Positions 62,556 through 64,000 of a DNA stretch of 64,000 nucleotides are shown in pieces. Positions within the stretch are counted from its first letter, which is position 1. Every line of letters starts with the position of its first letter. Location of the stretch: positions 86,738,001 through 86,802,000 of the forward strand of contig OZ320315.1 of NCBI GenBank assembly GCA_976226885.1, in the 5' to 3' direction. The translations under genes were made by a program, and so were the position numbers. The stretch is from Iphione sp. A-MEVVRFRX5. Its lineage: Eukaryota. The notes under the pieces were generated by a model. That model was given only the letters and a program-made list of their open reading frames with translations. It had not been told where the DNA came from and did not search any database.

Positions 62556-64000
62556 GTTATCTATCTAGTTATCTATCTATGCTCTTTGAAACAGGTTACT
62601 CTTGTCTCTGTATACATGTACATATATTTTCACAGGGTATGAAGCTGTGTCAGGACACAAGGTCCTTTTTGGCATCCCCCTTTTTCACTCACGCTCTGTG
62701 TGTCGTTATCTGCAGCGACCTTCTGTGTATATCTGATAATTACCCACAAAATAATTAACCACCAATTGAAGTGAAAGTCCGTTTGCTCGTGTCACTCCGT
62801 ACTTATGTACATGTGTGTAGCGACACTGATAATTTGAGTACATTGTTCATGGTGTACATTCATGTTATGAACCATTTTAATGTCAACGTTCATCCCATGA
62901 ACTTAGGCAACGGTTTTGAAAAAAAGTCTGCGTATAACAAGTACATGTGTATGATGTTTGAATACACGTACAAAATGTAAAGCAAGGCAGCTGATGACTT
63001 ATTTAAACTAGAACGGTCGATCTGGCCCTCATCCAGACCAGAACTTAATTTATTACTTTAATGAGACTCTCGCACAGATGAGGGCTGAATTGCAGCTAAG
63101 GTTAGCTGTGTAATGTCAGCGATACGCTCTATATCAGTGACATATGAGGAGGACATGTGCTTCGTGTCAGACAACAAAGAAGTTTATTGTGCAAAGGAGT
63201 TTTACTGTCTATAAGGAAGTGTTGATAATTTTACACCAATTGAAACTTTATCGTAATACACTACCGAGAGCAATAACAAGACAAAAGAAAAACATTGAAT
63301 ATAAAGTGTTTAATACAATAATTGGAGATATCCTCAGGAGGGCTCCTGGAGCATACACAATGTGACTTCTCTCTGTGATGCACATGAACACCAAACATTA
63401 ACAAACCATCTCAGGGGTAATACATCCTGGCTGATACACTCTGTGTGATCACGAATACATAATCAAGACGCCTACTAGTACCAAATGCATTTTCTTCATC
63501 GTAACATGAAAAACCAATAGCAAATACAATTGTAAGTATCAGAGGCTCAACCTTGGGCGTGGAGGGCGGGACAACAGCAACTGGGCGCCACGACGAGAGT
63601 GAGGCCCTGCAAGGTCGTAGCCCCGTCTATATATAGCCAGGGCCCAGCGTGGCGCCCTCTGTTGCAACGATAAAGCATTACCGACCTCGTCTGTAATATC
63701 CCATTTTAAAACGAAACCGAACTGATTGTGAACTGTATGACTGGTCTATACAACTCTAGAAATAATATTAAGTCGCCAAGGCTATTTGTATACGAAGGTT
63801 GGAAAATACCCTCACTTGATCCCATATGTTAATGGTCAAACAAAATTAGTTCAGTTTACGAATCCCAGCATGTTTGAAGCAAACCTCCACAAAATTACCG
63901 TTAAGGTTGTAAATCCCCATATAATTTATATTTTATAATATATTTATATTATATATATAAATATATACATATAAATATATATATATATTTATATTTAAAA

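Overview
Animal genomic DNA with spliceosomal introns and many repeats, probably a bilaterian invertebrate; the taxon cannot be fixed from the sequence. There are three short N gaps. Two host genes lie on +. The first is an 11-exon, ~337-aa WD40-only protein of unknown identity (4715-17708) whose last intron is U12-type. The second is the 5' part of an SLC35A2/A3-type nucleotide-sugar transporter (about 40436 to beyond 61695), with candidate alternative first exons and a 15-nt microexon. Between them is a stack of retroelements: L2, CR1 and RTE fragments, then a decayed L1/Tx1 LINE on -. A full-length 9.2-kb Ty3/Gypsy element (30880-40125, -) has inserted into the endonuclease region of that LINE with a 4-bp ATAT TSD. 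The Gypsy element is the most unusual part of the window. Its gag appears to start inside the 5' LTR, and it has a textbook -1 frameshift signal and a dUTPase-like insert between protease and RT. Its integrase runs in frame into ~1000 extra codons: a linker with a 105-bp repeat carrying CTCF-like motifs, then a ~729-aa ORF with two C2H2 zinc fingers and an unrecognised C-terminal domain, in the position where env would sit. The remainder is MITEs, SINE-like copies, a DIRS relic and simple repeats. All calls were made by eye, without database searches.
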